Source: Octopus vulgaris
Taxonomy: Eukaryota
Direction: 5' to 3'
Assembly: GCA_951406725.2 (NCBI GenBank)
Contig: OX597815.1
Span: forward strand, 9,424,001-9,488,000
Length of the DNA: 64,000 nt
The notes below the pieces were generated by a model, which was not told the DNA's origin, did not search any database, and saw only the letters and a list, made by a program, of their open reading frames with translations. Below are positions 1 to 14,177 of the stretch, piece after piece. The translations under genes and the position numbers were made by a program. Positions within the stretch are counted from its first letter, which is position 1, and every line of letters starts with the position of its first letter.

Positions 1-319
1 ATGTATTATTGGTGATGGGAATATTATAATTGTCAATTGTATTGTTGATGCTGTTTAATCTCAAGTCAATACTCATTGATCAAAGACCTTTCATTCAACT
101 CATAAAATACACAAGGGCACATCATTATCTCCTGATTGCCTTATATTTTAGATTGAGATGCTTATCTTGTTCATTCTATTGCTGTTGTTGTTAGTCTTTA
201 AGGGAATGATGGATTGTTAATGACGGTGGTTGTTTTGGTTTTCGTGTTGATGGTAATTGTGCAATTGTTTATGATAGATATTGGCGGTGGAGTTGAAGGT
301 TGATTTGTATAAATGCATA

Positions 320-443
320 CCTATCTATCTGTCTCCTTATTTATCTGTCTGTCCGCCTGCCTGTCTGTCTGTCTGTCTATCTATTTATCTATCTATCTCT
401 ATCTGTTTGCCTGTCTATCTATCTATCAATCTATCTATCTATC

Positions 444-520
<77 letters not shown>

Positions 521-563
521 CTCTGTCAATCCATCTATCTATCTATCTCTATCAATCTGTTTG

Positions 564-622
<59 letters not shown>

Positions 623-665
623 CTCTGTCAATCCATCTATCTATCTATCTCTATCAATCTGTTTG

Positions 666-723
<58 letters not shown>

Positions 724-770
724 AATTTATCTGTTTGTCTGTCTGTCTATCTATCTCTCTATCTATCTAT
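320..770. repeat. (ATCT)n microsatellite with an internal ~100-bp higher-order duplication
   Basis: Long ATCT run; the variant block ctctgtcaatccatct...ctatcaatctgtttgtct occurs at ~521 and ~623. Confidence 0.95.
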
Positions 771-2764
771 GTGAAGCCTTTCAACGGCACTTCGCCCGAC
801 TGTTCGAGACAACTGGTGGGTCAGGACGCAGAGTATACTTTAGCGCCTACCTGCATGTCCTACCACGACTCTCGGCAAGAGAGGCAGAGTGTTACGAAAG
901 ACCCATCACAGCCGCAGACGTACGGGATGCGACAGCCGGCTGCGCAGGAGACATGTCACCAGGCTTGGACGGCTTGCCCTACGAGTTTTATTGTCATGTG
1001 CCAGACTTGTTTGGAAGCGTCTTGGCAGCAATCTTCTGCAACTGGCAGGAAAACGGGAGTATCCCTAGTTTTGTGAGCCAAGGAGCGGTGGTACTTCTAA
1101 AGAAAGATCCAAGAAGGGAACGTCATGAATAACTTCAGGCTCGACGCATATTTGAAGAGTTTGGCCAAGGTACTGGCCGAAAGGTTCTCGCTTGTCATCG
1201 AGAAACTGGTCGACAAGACGCAAACATGCGCCGTGCCGGGCGGGAGTATCCATGAAAACTTCCATCTGATGCGCTACATCATAGAATAGTAGTTAAGGAA
1301 CCTGGCATGGGTGGAGTGCTGATCAAATTAGATCAATCGAAAGCTTTCGATAGGGTCGACCAACGTGACTTAGAGGCTGTCTTTAGAGTGGCTGGTTTCT
1401 GTCCCGTCTTCCGCGGTTGGATCGCTGCCTTATGCAGCGGCATCCGCTCGGTAGTTCGCGTAAATAGTCATCTATCCAGACCATTTAACATCACGCGTTC
1501 GGTTCGTCAAGGACGCCCCCTCTTGTCGCTTCTGTACGTAATGACTCTAGAACCACTACTGCGGAAGCTGGCGACGCTGAGAGGCATCCCGCGAGAACTG
1601 GGATGCGTGAGGAGGGTGCCTGCTTACGCGTACGACGTCACTGTCAGAGTGTGGAGCCACAGGCATATCGACCTGGTCGGCGAGACACTAAAAGGATACG
1701 AAGCTGTAACGGGAGCAAAAGTTAACTCGGTAAAGTCAGTGGGCATGCGGCTCGACACCTGGAGAAGTAAACCCATGTCATCCCATGTCTCCATCGTGGG
1801 ACACTGGACCGACGGACAGGTTAAATTTCTCATGGTCTAGTTCGGGCTAGACCTCCAAATGGAGAAGATCTGGGACGAGATAACGAGTAGGATGGCCACT
1901 CTCACCCAGCAATGGGCTGAGAGGAAGCTATTCCTAAAAGGTCGGTCGGGGGTGGCGAACGCGTACATCGCATCTGTCATCGATTACCGTCTGACAGTCG
2001 TGCTTTGTCCTGACCCTACCATCATCAAACCGGAACGCATACTCTTCCGCTTTTTGTAGAAGGGAAGCGTTCAGATAGTTAGGCGACCCATTTGCTGTCA
2101 ACACCCGCTAAATGGAGGGCTGGGTTTGCCGTGGTTGATGATGCGCAGACATGTGCTGAGACTGCGATATCTCCGGTGCTTCATAGGCGACGGTGAACAG
2201 GTGTGGTCGCCGTTTGTGAGACGCGCATTCCCGCAGTTCGTCTCTTTGACCGACCAGCAGTCATGGATCAAACAGAGACCGAGGCTAGGCGAATGACGCC
2301 CCGAAGGCCGCCTTACTCTCGAGTAACTCTGTCAAACTTGTGCGACTTCAATTCCACGAAAGTGTTCTATAGAGGATTAGTGAAGGGGAGGTGCGACGAC
2401 GTTCTCGGGGAGAATCTGGGCGTCGACGGGGAACACCTGACCCGCCTCTTCAGGACCACTTTAGGGCTGGGACCTATGGACAATCACCAGAGATCTCTGG
2501 CCTGGCAGTGCTATTGGGAAGCATTGCCCGTTCGGTACAAGCTCTACGGTTCGAGAAACCGTTCTTCTCGCACTCGTGCGGTGTCCAACAATTTCAGACC
2601 TATGTGCTTACGTCGAACGGCTGCTGTCACGTGTGGGACGAATTCGGTTATCGGCTGAGTCTATCGTGGATATTGCCCCGCCACCTTCCTTTAACCGGCA
2701 AGGCAAGGCAGTTTTCATTGTACTGGTGACTATGGTGAAAGAATGTGTGGCGGACTCTCTGTGA
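771..2764 (+). mobile_element. 5'-truncated, frameshifted L1-clade (Tx1-like) non-LTR retrotransposon, RT region and C-terminus
   Basis: Motifs [35 protein letters not shown] and AYAYD (degenerate YADD), spread over several broken frames; GC-rich relative to flanks. Confidence 0.9.
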
Positions 2765-2792
2765 TTTTAAAAGTATTTGCTCTTACATATTA

Positions 2793-3190
2793 CTAGCAGT
2801 ATCGCCCGGCGTTGCGAGGGTTTGTAAGGGAAATAACTATATAAGCATTTTTAGAGAGTTATAGCCAAAAAAATAACAAAAAAATGCATCAAAAATGGAA
2901 AAAAAAATGATGGTAAATTTTTTTAAATCGTTGACTCATCGTAGACATTTTTAGAGAGTTACTTCCCTTATATAATAGCGAAAAAATGCATTAAAATGGA
3001 AAAAAATGATGGTAAATTATTTTTTTAATCGTAGACTCATCGTAGACGCGCGCTAATACCCAGAAGGGCTCGATATGAATCACGACTATAAGATACCTGA
3101 TTTTGGTTAAACTGCACCGCAAAATGTGGGAGTAGTTAGGAATCTAAATCGTAGGAGACAGACACACAACTTCTCTTTTATATATAAAGA
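2793..3190 (-). mobile_element. Non-autonomous Helitron
   Basis: Minus strand reads A|TCTTTATATATA...GCAACGCCGGGCGATACTGCTAG|T: 5' TC, subterminal GC-rich hairpin, 3' CTAG, A/T insertion site, no TSD. Confidence 0.8.
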
Positions 3191-3419
3191 TATGATTGTA
3201 ATAATCTTACTGTTCAATATTATATATTATTAAAATTGTGGATTAGTTTTTGTCTGGTATATGTCTCACAGCATGGTTTTGGACGGATTCTTCAGTGACT
3301 GAGTTGTGGAATGGTGGTTCGTCTCTAAATTAGTTATATACATATATTATATATTATATATTACGAAATTCGGTATAATACTATTATACTGAATTTTGCC
3401 TGTAAGGTTGGAATAATAA

Positions 3420-4371
<952 letters not shown>

Positions 4372-4374
<3 letters not shown>

Positions 4375-4806
4375 TAGTTTTATTTTTATATCGTGCTGTC
4401 ACTTCACTACTGAGCGCAGCTCTGTGTACTTTGGGTATGTGCTGTGATTTGTTGTGATGTTCTGATGGTTATTGTATGGAAAGTGTTCTGCGTAGGATGT
4501 GTGCAGTGCCTAGTAGTGCAATTTTCTGTATGTTATATGTGTTTGTAAGTCCTGGTGCTTTTGTTATGTATTTGTCTGAATATTTTTTTATCATGCCTAA
4601 TGCACCTACTATGATAGGAATTGTTTCTGTTTTTAGATTCCACATTCTGGTTACCTCTATTTCCAGGTCTTTGTATTTTGAGAGTTTCTCCATTTCTTTT
4701 AGAGACACGGTGTCATCTGCCGGTACTGATACATCAATTAGAAAGCATTTTTTTCTTCATGGTCTCTGATAACTATATCTGGTCTGTTGGCCTTAATTTC
4801 TCTATC

Positions 4807-4807
<1 letters not shown>
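4372..4807 (-). mobile_element. R4/Dong-type RLE LINE 3' end, family 2, inserted in (TAA)n
   Basis: Restriction-like endonuclease motif ANRPD...CFLIDVSVPAD..VSLKEMEKLSKYKDL...IPIIVGALG...ILRRTL; TAA repeats on both sides. Confidence 0.9.
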
Positions 4808-5900
<1,093 letters not shown>

Positions 5901-6089
5901 GTCTATGCTTGTGTAAGTCGTATATTTGTGATTGTGGCATAGTGAGAGTTTCAAGATGTATTTACAAGTTTGGTAAATATTGACACGACTGAACAGAATG
6001 GAAGAAACAAACCCAGTCTTCGGGGAGAAATGTGTATTTTCATGATGTAGGTGTCACTTGACTTAATGAAATTTTAACATGTTCTAGGT

Positions 6090-6930
6090 TCTCTTCTTCT
6101 TCTTCTTCTTCTTCTTCTTCTTCTTCTTCTTCTTCTTCTTCTTCTTCTCCTTCTTCTTCTTTTTTCTCCTTCTTCTTCTTCTTCTTCTTCTTCTGTTTCT
6201 TCTTCTTCTCCTCCTCCTCCTCCTCCCCGTCTTCCCCCCTTCTTCTTCTTCTTCTTTTTTTCCTCCTCCTCCTCCTCCTCCTCATATTCCTCCCCTTCTT
6301 CTTCTTCTTCTTCTTCTCCTCCTCCTCCTCCCCGTCTTCTCCCCCCTTCTTCTTCTTCTTCTTTTTTCATCCTCCTCCTCCTCCTCCTCATATTCCTCCC
6401 CTTCTTCTTCTTCTTCTTCTCCTCCTCCCCTCCTCCTCCTCCACCTTCTTCTTCTTCTTCTTCTCCTTCTCCTCCTCCTACCCTCCTCCTCCTCCTCCTC
6501 CTTCTTCTTCTTCTTCTTCTTTCTTCTTCTTCTTTTTCTCCTTCTTCTTCTTTTTTCTCCTTCTTCTTCTTCTTCTTCTTCTTCTCTTTCTTCTTCTTCT
6601 TCTCCTCCTCCTCCTCCCCGTCTTCTCCCCCTTCTTCTTCTTCTTCTTTTTCTCCTCCTCCTCCTCCTCCTCATATTCCTCCCCTTCTTCTTCTTCTTCT
6701 TCTTCTTCTTCTCCTCCTCCCCTCCTCCTCCTCCTCCTCCACCTTCTTCTTCTTCTTCTTCTTCTTCTTCTTCTTCTTCTCCTTCTCCTCCTCCTACCCT
6801 CCTCCTCCTCCTCCTCCTCCTTCTTCTACTTCTACTTCTTCTACTTCTTCTTCTTCTTCTTCTTCTTAGTAGTGCCTTCTCTCCATCACTCTGACTGCTT
6901 CATCATCCTCATCATCATCATCATCACCAC

Positions 6931-6979
<49 letters not shown>

Positions 6980-7410
6980 GCTGTCGTCGTCATCATCATC
7001 ATCATCATCGCTGTCATCATCATCATCATCATCGCTGTCGTCATCATCATCATCATCATCATCACCACCATCATTTCAATCTGAACATCATTTCTTTCAC
7101 ATTTCCATTGTTTATTCATTAGATTTTCTTTCTTTCTCCATTTTATCTTTCCATTTCTTTCTCTCTCTTTCTCTCTCTCCCCATATATACATACATACAT
7201 ACATTCATACATACATACATACATTCATACATACATTCATACATACATACATACATTCATACATACATTCATACATACATACATTCATTCATACATACAT
7301 ACATACATACATACATACATACATGCATACATACATACATACATACATACATACATACATACATACATACACACATACATACATAATACATACATATATA
7401 TATATATGGC
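6090..7410. repeat. (CTT/CCT)n polypyrimidine tract with ~105-bp higher-order units, then (CAT)n and (TACA)n
   Basis: ctcatattcctcccc recurs at ~6281, ~6386 and ~6670. Confidence 0.9.
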
Positions 7411-7763
7411 AGAGAAAGCTAGAAAAAAGTTACCTAATTCAAACGGTTCGGCTTCCAATTTACATTTACAATAAACCTGAATCTAAAAATAGTGAACTAT
7501 GTAGTTGTAACAGTGAATCAACATTCTGACAGACATTATCCCTATCATTGGTCGAACCAGGAAGTAACTTGCGGGAATAAAGTTCCCAGTCATTTACCCA
7601 CCCACCCGCAGTATTTATGCACAACGCAACGTCGATTATATCAGCAAGTGTATTCCCATTCTATCTCCGGAAAAGAATATCTTCCACAGCACTGACCTGT
7701 TCTACAACAATATATCAAGGTAATGTGACTTCCATGAGAAAAATATTGTAGATACAACCTATA

Positions 7764-8175
7764 GGCGCAGGAGTGGCTGTGTGGTAAGTAGCTTGCTAAC
7801 CAACCACATGGTCCTGGGTTCAATCCCACTGCGTGGCATCTTGGGCAAGTGTCTTCTGCTATGGCCCCGGGCCGACCAATGCCTTGTGAGTGGATTTGGT
7901 AGACGGAAACTGAAAGAAGCCTGTCGTATATATGTATATATATATATGTATGTGTGTGTGTGTTTGTGTGTCTGTGTTTGGCCCCCTAGCATTGCTTGAC
8001 AACCGATGCTGGTGTGTGTTTACGTCCCCGTCACTTAGCGGTTCGGCAAAAGAGACCGATGGAATAAGTACTGGGCTTACAAAGAATAAGTCCCGGGGTC
8101 GATTTGCTCGACTAAAGGCGGTGCTCCAGCATGGCCGCAGTCAAATGACTGAAACAAGTAAAAGAGTAAAAGAGT
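7764..8175 (+). mobile_element. tRNA-headed SINE family A, full length (CORE-like motif, internal TA/TG microsatellite, GTAAAAGA tail)
   Basis: A-box TGGCTGTGTGG, B-box GGTTCAATCCC, CTTGGGCAAGT motif; more than 10 copies in the window. Confidence 0.9.
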
Positions 8176-8639
8176 ATCAGGTTTAGGTGATATTTTAACA
8201 GGAAACTGATAAAGTTTCATCAAATATTTTGTATGAACTTCATGAAAATCCATGCTTTTTAATCTTGTTAAGTAACCACTCGCGACAACTCAAAGATATT
8301 ATAACGTTTTCAAAAAAGGGCCCTGTTAAAGTAAGCTATGCTTTTTTAGGTAACAAAGTGTCCAAAATATTCATCTAGAACAATCTAACTAGAAACCTTA
8401 CACAGTCATACAAGCTCCGACGCACTTATAGAAATAATGTCCAGTTATCTCAGACCGGATGCAATTACGGAAATATCCTTTGAATAATAGAAGCTCCGAG
8501 AAAGAGCTGGTTTATAGAACAGATGCTTTAGACGATGACGGGATGGAAAATATACATATTGGCCTTACCGAAAGGCTCCACTACGTTGTGGAAGCATCGA
8601 GTCTCAGAAGCATCGAGTACTAAAAAAATATATGGAGTA

Positions 8640-8885
8640 TACTCTTTTTTTCTTTTTTACTCTTTTTACTCTTTTTACTTGTTTCAGTCATTTAACTGCG
8701 GCCATGCTGGAGCACCGCCTTTAGTCGAGCAAATCGACCCCGGGACTTATTCTTTGTAAGCCCAGTACTTATTCTATCGGTCTCTTTTGCCGAACCGCTA
8801 AGTGACGGGGACGTAAACACACCAGCATCGGTTGTCAAGCAATGCTAGGGGAACAAACACAGACACACAAACATATTCACACACA

Positions 8886-8952
<67 letters not shown>

Positions 8953-9113
8953 GACAGGCTTCTTTCAGTTTCCGTCTACCAAATCCACTCACAAGGTATT
9001 GGTCGGCCCGGGCCTATAGCAGAAGACACGTGCCCAAGATGCCACGCAGTGGGACTGAACCCTGAACCATGTGGTTGGTTAGCAAGCTACTTACCACACA
9101 GCCACTCCTGCAG
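8640..9113 (-). mobile_element. SINE family A, full length
   Basis: Reverse complement of 7764-8175. Confidence 0.9.
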
Positions 9114-9218
9114 CTGTAAAAGTAAAAAAATACAAAGTCCATCTGACTTTTGAAATATTAAATGGTAGAAAAACGTACAAGCAAGTAGAGCATTCTATAT
9201 AGTAAAGGTAAGGAAATA

Positions 9219-9299
9219 CAGTAAGTGCAGTCGATGGGTCAGTAAGTGCAGTCGATGGGTCAGTAAGTGCAGTCGATGGGTCAGTAAGTGCAGTCGATG
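9219..9299. repeat. 21-bp minisatellite, ~4 copies
   Basis: cagtaagtgcagtcgatgggt repeated. Confidence 0.9.
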
Positions 9300-9718
9300 T
9301 GCAATTGAAAAAGCTGAGCACTCTGCCGGCTGCATCCTAAACTGAAGAGAGAGACCTTTTCTAGTCAGTGCACAAAAAAATTTAAGCTACATTCCTTTAA
9401 GCATGTTTCTGTGTCGGATACATTTCAGCTGTAAACAGTTTCGTTATCTTCATAACCAATCTCCCGACCCAGTTCGATAGCCAGGAAACTTGTCATTCAT
9501 TCGTTCAAGTGCTCGCAGCATATCCTCTTCGATTCTCACTTCCTGCTGCACTTTCCAGACTGATGCAAACTTCAAATGATGCAAAGCAAAAACGTGTATG
9601 ACGGCTTATGTATGTCTTGTGAGTGTGTGTGTGTGTGTGTGCTTTATGAATGAAGACGTGAATGTGTACGACTGTGAGAAAGTACGAATGGGTGAAGGCA
9701 TCTGTGTGAGAGATGATA

Positions 9719-10498
9719 TATTTTTTTACTACCCACAAGGGGCTAAACATAGAGGGGACAAACAAGGACAGACAAACGGATTAAGTCGATTACATCGACC
9801 CTACTGCGTAACTGGTACTTAATTTATCGACCCCGAAAGGATGAAAGGCAAAGTCGACCTCGGCGGAATTTGAACTCGGAACGTAGCGGCAGAGAAAATA
9901 CCTATTTCTTTACTACCCACAAGGGGCTAAACACAGAGGGGACAAACAAGGACAGACAAACGAATTAAGTCGATTACATCGACCCCAATGCGTAACTGGT
10001 ACTTAAGTTATCGACCCCGATAGGATGAAAGGCAAAGTCGACCTCAGCGGAATTTGAACTCGGAACGTAGCGGCAGACGAAATAACTATTTCTTTACTAC
10101 CCACAAGGGGCTTAACACAGAGGGGACAAACAAGGACAGACAAACGGATTAAGTCGATTACATCGATCCCAGTGCGTAACTGGTACTTAATTTATCGACC
10201 CCGAAATGATGAAAGGCAAAGTCGACCTCGGTGGAATTTGAACTCGGAACGTAGCGGCAGACGAAATACCTATTTCTTTACTACTCATAAGGGGCTAAAC
10301 ACAGAGGGAATAAACAAGGACAGACAAACGAATTAAGTCGATTACATCGACCCCAATGCGTAACTGGTACTTAATTTATCGACCCCGAAAGGATGAAAGG
10401 CAAAGTCGACCTCGGCGGAATTTGAACCTGGAACGTAACGACAGACGCAATACGGCTACGCATTTCGCCCGGCGTGCTAACGTTTCTGCCAGCTCGCC
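9719..10498 (-). mobile_element. SINE family B tandem array: one head plus four 184-bp bodies
   Basis: Units start at ~9719, 9903, 10087 and 10271; the tRNA-like 5' end GGCGAGCTGGCAGAAACGTTAGC is present only at the right end. Confidence 0.9.
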
Positions 10499-10663
10499 AC
10501 AGTATGCAGGTTAGATGCAGAAGTATACATACACCCACATATGCGGTGGAGATTGCACGTTTTATTTATCTATCCTTTCCATAACAGTTTCATTTATCTT
10601 TTAATTTTATTCACCATGCACCACATCTATATATTATCACTCTATCCCACATCAGTATAATCC

Positions 10664-11024
10664 GTTAGGGCAGCGGACTCGCGGTCGTAGGATCGCGGTT
10701 TCGATTCGCAGACCAGGCGTTGTGAGTGTTTATTGAGCGAAAACACCTAAAGCTCCACGAGGCTCCGGCAGGGGATGGTGGTGATCCCTGCTGTACTCTT
10801 TCACCACAACTTTCTCTCACTCTTACTTCCTGTTTCTGTTGTACCTGTATTTCAAAGGGCCGGCCTTGTCACTCTGTGTCACGCTGAATATCCCCGAGAA
10901 CTACGGTAAGGGTACACGTGTCTGTGGAGTGCTCAGCCACTTATACGTTAATTTCACGAGCAGGCTGTTCCGTTGATCCGGATCAACCGGAACCCTCGTC
11001 GTCGTAACCGACGGAGTGCTTCCA
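10664..11024 (+). mobile_element. tRNA-headed SINE family C, slightly 5'-truncated
   Basis: Near-identical to the TSD-flanked copy at 35042-35427. Confidence 0.85.
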
Positions 11025-11228
11025 CATAACATCACATATACTTCATTTTTATAACCATCACTCCAAAAGATGATGTCTGCATTTCTGTACATTCCGTTGA
11101 CCCTTTTTCTCTCTCCTTATATTAGTAACTAGCACTTCCATACTCTCTTTTGTTCACGACACTTGACCACACCACAACACTCGCTAAACATACTACAATT
11201 ACACATACTGTCATGTATTTATATTCAT

Positions 11229-11265
<37 letters not shown>

Positions 11266-12465
11266 TACGCTTGTCCACATCACCCTTCACATTAAGTCCA
11301 CAGTCCAACAACAATCAATAGATTTGCTTAATTATTTCAGTTAATGATTTCTTCCTCTCTCTCTCTCTCTCTCTCAGGAGTTATGTAAATAAATTCAAAC
11401 TCATTTTCACCCCTTTTCTTCTTGTTATTGTTGTTATTGTTGTTGTTGTTGTCGTCTCCTCACTCATAACGCTTGTGGCAAATACAGAAGTGGTTATTAA
11501 TTAGCGTTGTTATTGTTGTTGTTGTTGTTCTGGCTATCGTTGTTCATTGTGATAGCAGTGCTGGTAGCGGTGGTGGCGATAATGCTACTGTACAAGTATT
11601 TTGACCAGTGTTTGTAACTAATGTTCTTGCTTCTTTTGTTGTAGCTATTGTTGTTTTTGTTGTTGTTTAGATTGAGGCTTCCGTTGTTGTTTTAGTCCTT
11701 AACATTGTTATTATTGATGATCTTGTTGTTGGCATTCTCCTGCACAAATCCTCTAAATTTATATTTGATGCATCAATTGTTCCTTTAAAACTCTCCCAAT
11801 CACCATCAGCTGTTTGACCTATCTCATCTGACCTTTCCAGTAACTATTCTTAGTGACTTCAATGAACAAAACTTTGCTTTCGCTAATACTGGTTGATTCA
11901 GAGGTGAATTCCATAACTGCTCTGAACCGTCTTCAATAGTTACTTTGCTCGCCTACTACTGAGCCCATTGGCTGCATTAATACTAAAACCATTCTTGAAA
12001 CCCTTTATCACATCTAATCCGATATTTTCATCAGCTAACGCCGTATAGGCCCACTAATTATTGACTAAACAAGGAAACCTAATGTATCTTCTTATCCCTC
12101 AACACCCCGTGCTATCGAAACCCTTTGGTAGTTCGAGTCTGTTGATATGTTGAGGGGTTTTTTTCCAGTTTTATGCTGAATGCATCTGGTTGTAAATATG
12201 GTTAACTCTGGCGAATCCGATAAACCAGTAACAGAAGCCATGTTCCTCGGTAAGACTCGTCCAAATCCGTCACACACTGAAGGTTCACAATATCAAAATA
12301 TCCAAGGTATCTGTTCCCACCTGTATTACAGCATTAAATAAGAAGTGCAGATTACAACATTGGGAAGAAGTAATCCACTATCGCTAACACAACGCTTACA
12401 AATCGACCAACAGAAAAGCAAAGCATGCCTTCATGCATCGTATGTCTAGTGCACTCTCTCTCACT

Positions 12466-12501
<36 letters not shown>

Positions 12502-12659
12502 ATATCTCTCTCTATCTTCTCTCTGTCTACATTTGAGGTGAATTTTCTGTCTACTAAATCTACACACTACTCTTACCTGACAATGTCCAATCAAGAAGGC
12601 TCTGAATGCACGTCTCATACAAATATATCCACCCAATTTGCTAACTGTTGCCAATATTT

Positions 12660-12765
12660 TCTAATCGAGGTCGACTTTGTCTTTCATCCATTTGAGGTCA
12701 GTAGAATAAGTACCAGTGGTGCACTGGGGTCGACGTAATCGGTTTGCCCCTCCCCACTGAAACTG
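12660..12765 (+). mobile_element. Diverged SINE B-related fragment
   Basis: gaggtcgactttgtctttcatcc...aagtaccagt...cactggggtcga. Confidence 0.7.
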
Positions 12766-12835
12766 TGTGTGTGCATGCGAAAATATCTTACCTGTAAGGA
12801 TTTGTTTTATTGTTGGAAGATAGTTCTTTATCTTC

Positions 12836-13045
12836 AATCTTTTACTTGCTTCAGTCATTAGATTGCGGCCATGCTGGGGTACCACCTTGAAAAATTGTTG
12901 GTCGAACGAATTTATCCTAGTACTTAATTATTTTTTAAAACCTGGTACGTATTCTATCGGTCAATTTTGTCGAACCGCTACGGCAACGTAAACACATAAA
13001 CACCGGTTGTCAAGCGGTGGTGACAACAAAGACAATGACACATAC
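12836..13045 (-). mobile_element. Diverged SINE A 3' half, followed by (TACA)n/(CA)n to ~13400
   Basis: ttttacttgcttcagtcatt...gcggccatgctgg...ccggttgtcaagc. Confidence 0.75.
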
Positions 13046-13193
13046 ATACATACATACATACATACATACACACACACATACATACATGCATACATACATA
13101 CATACACACATACATACATACACACATACATACATACACACATACATACATAAATACATACATAGATAGATACATACACACACACACATACAT

Positions 13194-13224
<31 letters not shown>

Positions 13225-13403
13225 TACACACATACATTCATACATACACACACACACACACATACACACATACATTCATACATACACACACATACATACA
13301 TACATACATACATACATACATACATAAGTACATACATACATACATACATACATACACACACACGCACACACACACACACATATAAATATATATATATATA
13401 TAT

Positions 13404-13760
13404 GGTTCAGTGGTTAGAGCGTTGTACTTGCAATTGTGAGATTGTGAGTTCGAATCCTGGATCGGGCTGCGTGTTGAGTTCTTGAGTTGTAGAAATGAGT
13501 TGCGACGTCACAGGTGCCAAGCTGTATCCGCCGTTGCCTTTCCCTTGGATAACACTGGTGGCTTGGAGAGGGGAGGCCGGTATGCATGGGCGACTGCTGG
13601 TCTTCACTCTCTGTGTCACGCTGAATATCCCCAAGAAGTACGTTAAGGGTACACGTGTCTGTGGAATGCTCAGCCTCTTACACGTTAATTTCACGAGCAG
13701 GCTGTTCCGTTGGTCGGATCAACCGGAACCCTCATCGTCGTAACCGACGGAGTGCTTCCA
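13404..13760 (+). mobile_element. Chimeric SINE: different tRNA head and middle, family C 3' half
   Basis: Head GGTTCAGTGGTTAGAGCG...GAGTTCGAATCC; from ~13605 it matches the family C 3' part ending in gacggagtgcttcca. Confidence 0.75.
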
Positions 13761-14177
13761 TGAAGGAGCAATGGATATTACTAATATTTATTTATGCATT
13801 CGGAAAGTAGTCTAGGTGAAATGAAATTAATTTGGAATTTAAATTTACCAATTTGATTTATTTCTAAATCAGAATAAGCCAAAGGTTGGTTTCTATAATA
13901 AGATATGTCAAAAAAAAAGACAACTGGAGATTAATTAAGTTATTTAAATATTTAATGATCAATTTGCATTGAGAAATATGCAAAATCTTAAGCTGTGGCA
14001 AAAAGAATAAAAAAGAGGTAACATAGCTATGTCAAAAGTTTTTATAAAGCTAAGGAAACAGACCTCCTTTAGTTTTTAAAATTCTGATTACACGTCAGGA
14101 ATGCATTCAAATTCTAGCTATGTTTGATCTTTCGTAAAATTAAGAAAGCAGAGTTCAGTTAGTTTTAAATTATAAAC

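Noticed and set aside
281-770. Long ORFs such as (IYLS)n, poly-His 20417-21349, poly-Phe/Lys 30882-31611 and (YVCM)n 52351-53573
   Set aside because: Translations of microsatellites that lack stop codons; no sign of real coding
7759-8186. Recurrent 60-110 aa ORFs (e.g. RQASFSFRLPNPLTR, CGHAGAPP) as a small gene family
   Set aside because: All are readings of SINE A, B or C copies
9219-9299. 21-bp repeat as a coding (STALTDP)n or regulatory array
   Set aside because: Simple local minisatellite with no supporting context
9903-10086. Hammerhead retrozyme explanation for the 184-bp tandem unit
   Set aside because: No CTGANGA...GAAA hammerhead topology found by eye on either strand of the unit
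9719-10498. CRISPR-like or satellite array
   Set aside because: No unique spacers, eukaryotic context, and the unit is a SINE body also found as monomers
11730-12420. Very old LINE relic (also 41050-41290)
   Set aside because: Only faint motif resemblance; cannot be supported without a profile search
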